This document shows positions 31,697-34,253 of a stretch of 34,253 nt of DNA, one piece after another. The notes under the pieces are model-generated. The model saw only the letters and a program-made list of their open reading frames with translations, was not told the origin of the DNA and searched no databases. Source of the DNA: Oscillospiraceae bacterium (GTDB taxonomy: Bacteria > Bacillota > Clostridia > Oscillospirales > Oscillospiraceae); NCBI GenBank assembly GCA_016286595.1, contig JAEETR010000194.1, forward strand, positions 1 through 34,253, given 5' to 3'. A program made the translations under genes and the position numbers. The first letter of the stretch is position 1. Every line of letters begins with the position of its first letter.

Positions 31697-32566
31697 TCAG
31701 TTTATCGCGTAGTGGACCACGGGGCCCAGATCGTCATAGGGGTCGCGGAATATATGCTGGCCGTTGTCCAGGGCGGCGATCTTTGCCATATCGTCGGCGT
31801 CCAGGGCGAAATCGAATATCTGTGAGTTCTGCAGGATCCGCTCGGCGTGGACGGACTTGGCTATGCACACCACGCCGCTGTCCAGCTGCCAGCGCAGGCA
31901 TATCTGGTAAACGGTCTTGCCGTACTTCTCGGCGATGGGCCGCAGCACGTTCTGCACCGCGTCCACCCCCGCCAGCTGACCGTTCATCAGCGGGGAGTAG
32001 CACTCCAGCTGGATGCCCTTATCCCTGCAGTACTCCTTCAGCCTGAGCTGCTGGAAGCGGGGATGGCACTCCACCTGGTTCACCATGGGATATATGCCCA
32101 CCTCTTTGTAGACCCGGTCGATGATCTCGGGGGGGAAGTTGGAAACGCCGATGGCCCTTATCTTGCCCGCCTCGTACATCTCCCGGAAGGCCTTGAAGGT
32201 CTCCACGTATTTGTCCTCGTGGGGACGGGGCCAGTGGATGAGGTACAGGTCAAGATAGTCGAAGCCCAGCTTGCCAAGCGTGTTGTCCAGCTCGGTGTAG
32301 GCTCTGTCGTAGCCGTTCTCGCCGGACAGCTTGGAGGTGACGAAAATCTCCTCCCGGGGTATGCCGTAGGAGCGGACGGCCTCACCCACGGCCTCCTCGT
32401 TGCGGTAACCGGCGGCGGTGTCTATGGCGCGGTAGCCGCAGTCCAGGGCGGCGGTGACGGCGGCGCGGCACTCGTCCAGATCGCGGATCTGGAAAACGCC
32501 CAGCCCCAGCCAGGGCATCTTGACGCCGTTGGAAAGAGTGGTAGTGCATTTAATATTGTCTATCAT
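31697..32566 (-). CDS. aldo/keto reductase (2,5-diketo-D-gluconate reductase-like)
   Basis: Motifs LSNGVKMPWLGLGVF, GYRAIDTAAGYRNEEAVG, IFVTSKL, DLYLIHWP, IRAIGVSNF, NQVECHP and CYSPL match the AKR family. Confidence 0.9.
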   Translation of the reverse strand: MIDNIKCTTTLSNGVKMPWLGLGVFQIRDLDECRAAVTAALDCGYRAIDTAAGYRNEEAVGEAVRSYGIPREEIFVTSKLSGENGYDRAYTELDNTLGKLGFDYLDLYLIHWPRPHEDKYVETFKAFREMYEAGKIRAIGVSNFPPEIIDRVYKEVGIYPMVNQVECHPRFQQLRLKEYCRDKGIQLECYSPLMNGQLAGVDAVQNVLRPIAEKYGKTVYQICLRWQLDSGVVCIAKSVHAERILQNSQIFDFALDADDMAKIAALDNGQHIFRDPYDDLGPVVHYAIN

Positions 32567-32598
32567 TTCACATCACCTTTCTCAATAATATTATGTAT

Positions 32599-33486
32599 TT
32601 ACTTGATTATCTTCGGGTCGGGACGCTTGCCGTTGGGGTTGGGCACGAAGATGTGGTCGGGCTCGGGCAGCAGCTTGTCGCCGTTGTCCAGGGTGGCGAT
32701 GGCGGCCATATCCTCCGCGTCCAGCTCGAAATCGAAGATGTCGGCGTTCTGGGCAAGGCGCTCTCTGTGCAGGCTCTTGGAGATGCACACCACGTCGCTG
32801 TCCAGCTGCCAGCGCAGGCAGATCTGGAAAACGTTCTTGCCGTGCTTCTTCGCGATGGGGTCCAGCACGCTCTGTATGGCGGGGGCCGTGGCCAGCTGAC
32901 CGTTTATGAGGGGGGAGTAGCACTCAAGCTGTACGCCCTTTTCCCTGCAGTACTTCTTCAGCTCGATCTGCTGATAGCGGGGATGGCACTCCACCTGGTT
33001 CACCATGGGGTAGATGCCCAGCTCGTCGTGTATCTTCTCCATATGCTCGGGCAGGAAGTTGGAAACGCCGATAGCCCTGATCTTTCCGGCCTCCATCAGC
33101 TCCATCATGGCCTTGAAGGCTTCCACGTATCTGCCCTCGCTGGGTCTGGGCCAGTGGATGAGATACAGGTCAAGGTAATCCATACCCAGCTCCTTCAGGC
33201 TCTTCTCAAGACCGGAGTAGGCCAGATCGTAGCCGTTCTCGCCGGACAGCTTGGTGGTGATGAAAAGCTGCTCCCGGGGAATGCCGGACTCCCGGATAGC
33301 CTCGCCCACGGCTCTCTCGTTGCGGTAGGCGGGGGCGGTATCGACGGCCCGGTAGCCCAGCTCCAGCGCCATCCGCACGGAGTTCTTGGCGTCCTCCAGA
33401 TTGTCGACTCTCCAGGTGCCAAGACCGAACCAGGGCATCTCCACCCCGTTCCACAGCTTCGCGGTACTCGTAAGACTGTTCTTCAT
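32599..33486 (-). CDS. aldo/keto reductase, tandem paralogue of the downstream gene
   Basis: Internal ATG 33486 is used, with GGAGG 12 nt upstream. It is colinear with the 31697-32566 product (LWNGVEMPWFGLGTW, GYRAVDTAPAYRNERAVG, LFITTKL, DLYLIHWP, IRAIGVSNF, NQVECHP, CYSPL). It adds a short basic/Pro-rich C-terminal extension. Confidence 0.88.
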   Translation of the reverse strand: MKNSLTSTAKLWNGVEMPWFGLGTWRVDNLEDAKNSVRMALELGYRAVDTAPAYRNERAVGEAIRESGIPREQLFITTKLSGENGYDLAYSGLEKSLKELGMDYLDLYLIHWPRPSEGRYVEAFKAMMELMEAGKIRAIGVSNFLPEHMEKIHDELGIYPMVNQVECHPRYQQIELKKYCREKGVQLECYSPLINGQLATAPAIQSVLDPIAKKHGKNVFQICLRWQLDSDVVCISKSLHRERLAQNADIFDFELDAEDMAAIATLDNGDKLLPEPDHIFVPNPNGKRPDPKIIK

Positions 33487-33626
33487 CTCGTGATCTATCC
33501 TCCATATCGTAATTAAGGCGGGCTTACGGCCCGCATGGTCTCCCATTATGCATATTTTACCACCTGGAGTGCGCTCCATGTCAAGTGCTCTGCCCCTTTA
33601 AATAATTGAAATGCGGCGGCATAATA

Positions 33627-33653
33627 TTAGCACTCTCGATTTTAGAGTGCTAA
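33627..33653. promoter_or_regulatory. CIRCE operator (HrcA binding site)
   Basis: TTAGCACTC (33627-33635), a 9-nt spacer and GAGTGCTAA (33645-33653) give a perfect match to the CIRCE consensus. It lies about 105 nt upstream of the htpG start. Confidence 0.9.
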
Positions 33654-33759
33654 TATTCACAGTTTGTTCATAAATCCGGCGGGTGACGGTGCTATAATAT
33701 CCTCGTATCAAAAGCCGCGGCCGCCTCAGGGCGGCGAAAAAACTATCGGAGGCGATAAA

Positions 33760-34253
33760 ATGGCCAGAAAGCAGTTCAAGGCCGAGTCCAAGAAACTCTT
33801 GGACATGATGATAAATTCCATCTACACCCATAAGGAGATATTCCTCCGGGAGCTCATCTCCAACGCGTCCGACGCCATAGACAAGCTGTGCTACGTGGCG
33901 CTGACGGACGAGGGCGTGGGCATGAGCCGGGCGGATTTCCGCATCCGCGTAACGCCCGACAGGGAAAACCGCACCCTCACCATCTCCGACAACGGCATCG
34001 GCATGACCGCCGAGGAGCTGGAGTCCAACCTGGGCGTCATCGCCCGGTCCGGATCCGCGTCCTTCACCGCGGGTATGGACAAGGAGAAGGCCGACAGCGA
34101 GGAGCTGGACATAATAGGCCGCTTCGGCGTGGGCTTTTACAGCGCCTTCATGGTCGCCTCGGAGGTGGCCGTGATCTCCCGGGCCTACGGCTCGGAGCAG
34201 GCCAGCCGCTGGGAGAGCCGGGGCGCGGACGGCTACACCGTCTCCCCCTGCGA
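33760..34253 (+). CDS. htpG: molecular chaperone HtpG (Hsp90), N-terminal part (runs off the right edge)
   Basis: GGAGG RBS is present. [43 protein letters not shown]...[11 protein letters not shown]...LGVIARSGS...[15 protein letters not shown] is the GHKL ATPase domain of Hsp90. Confidence 0.93.
   Translation, partial: MARKQFKAESKKLLDMMINSIYTHKEIFLRELISNASDAIDKLCYVALTDEGVGMSRADFRIRVTPDRENRTLTISDNGIGMTAEELESNLGVIARSGSASFTAGMDKEKADSEELDIIGRFGVGFYSAFMVASEVAVISRAYGSEQASRWESRGADGYTVSPC

Noticed and set aside
33606-33627. TTGAAA ... TAATAT as the htpG promoter overlapping CIRCE
   Set aside because: The spacer is only 10 nt, so it is not a functional SigA geometry. The actual promoter remains unassigned, with the best -10 at 33693-33698.

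Overview
GC-rich, strongly GC3-biased chromosomal segment that reads as a spore-forming Clostridia genome (Oscillospiraceae/Ruminococcaceae-like; taxonomy is inference). It has uninterrupted pro-sigma-K, an abrB homologue, Firmicute-type SigA promoters and GGAGG ribosome-binding sites. I support 36 coding regions, two of them cut by the window edges and one a truncated remnant. I also support 4 tRNA genes (a Met-Glu-Val operon and a solo Arg), one FMN riboswitch, one perfect CIRCE operator, several near-consensus promoters and many intrinsic terminators. Content is mostly housekeeping and accessory metabolism: class II aldolase, glnA-glucokinase, three aldo/keto reductases, nitroreductase, two MATE pumps, a ZIP transporter, ribU and htpG. 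There are also several poorly characterised membrane modules (MoxR-DUF58-DUF4129; DUF2975-HTH-polytopic protein). I found no CRISPR array, rRNA, IS element, reverse transcriptase or recognisable defence/toxin system. I cannot honestly point to one clearly novel multi-gene system. Four items merit a second look. (1) A single polypeptide joins a cytoplasmic sigma-70/ECF-like domain, one TM helix and an extracytoplasmic cyclophilin (7970-9334). (2) A 232-bp intergenic unit is bounded by a perfect 16-bp inverted repeat and contains two strong hairpins (25229-25460). (3) A tyrosine integrase abuts the 3' side of the tRNA operon at the left edge, probably the border of an integrated element lying outside the window. 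(4) A DivIVA-like coiled-coil gene is translationally coupled to a lone Fe-S hydro-lyase beta subunit. Many long ORFs in the six-frame track are antisense artefacts of GC-rich coding DNA and are rejected. Several track starts were moved to internal ATGs with proper RBS.
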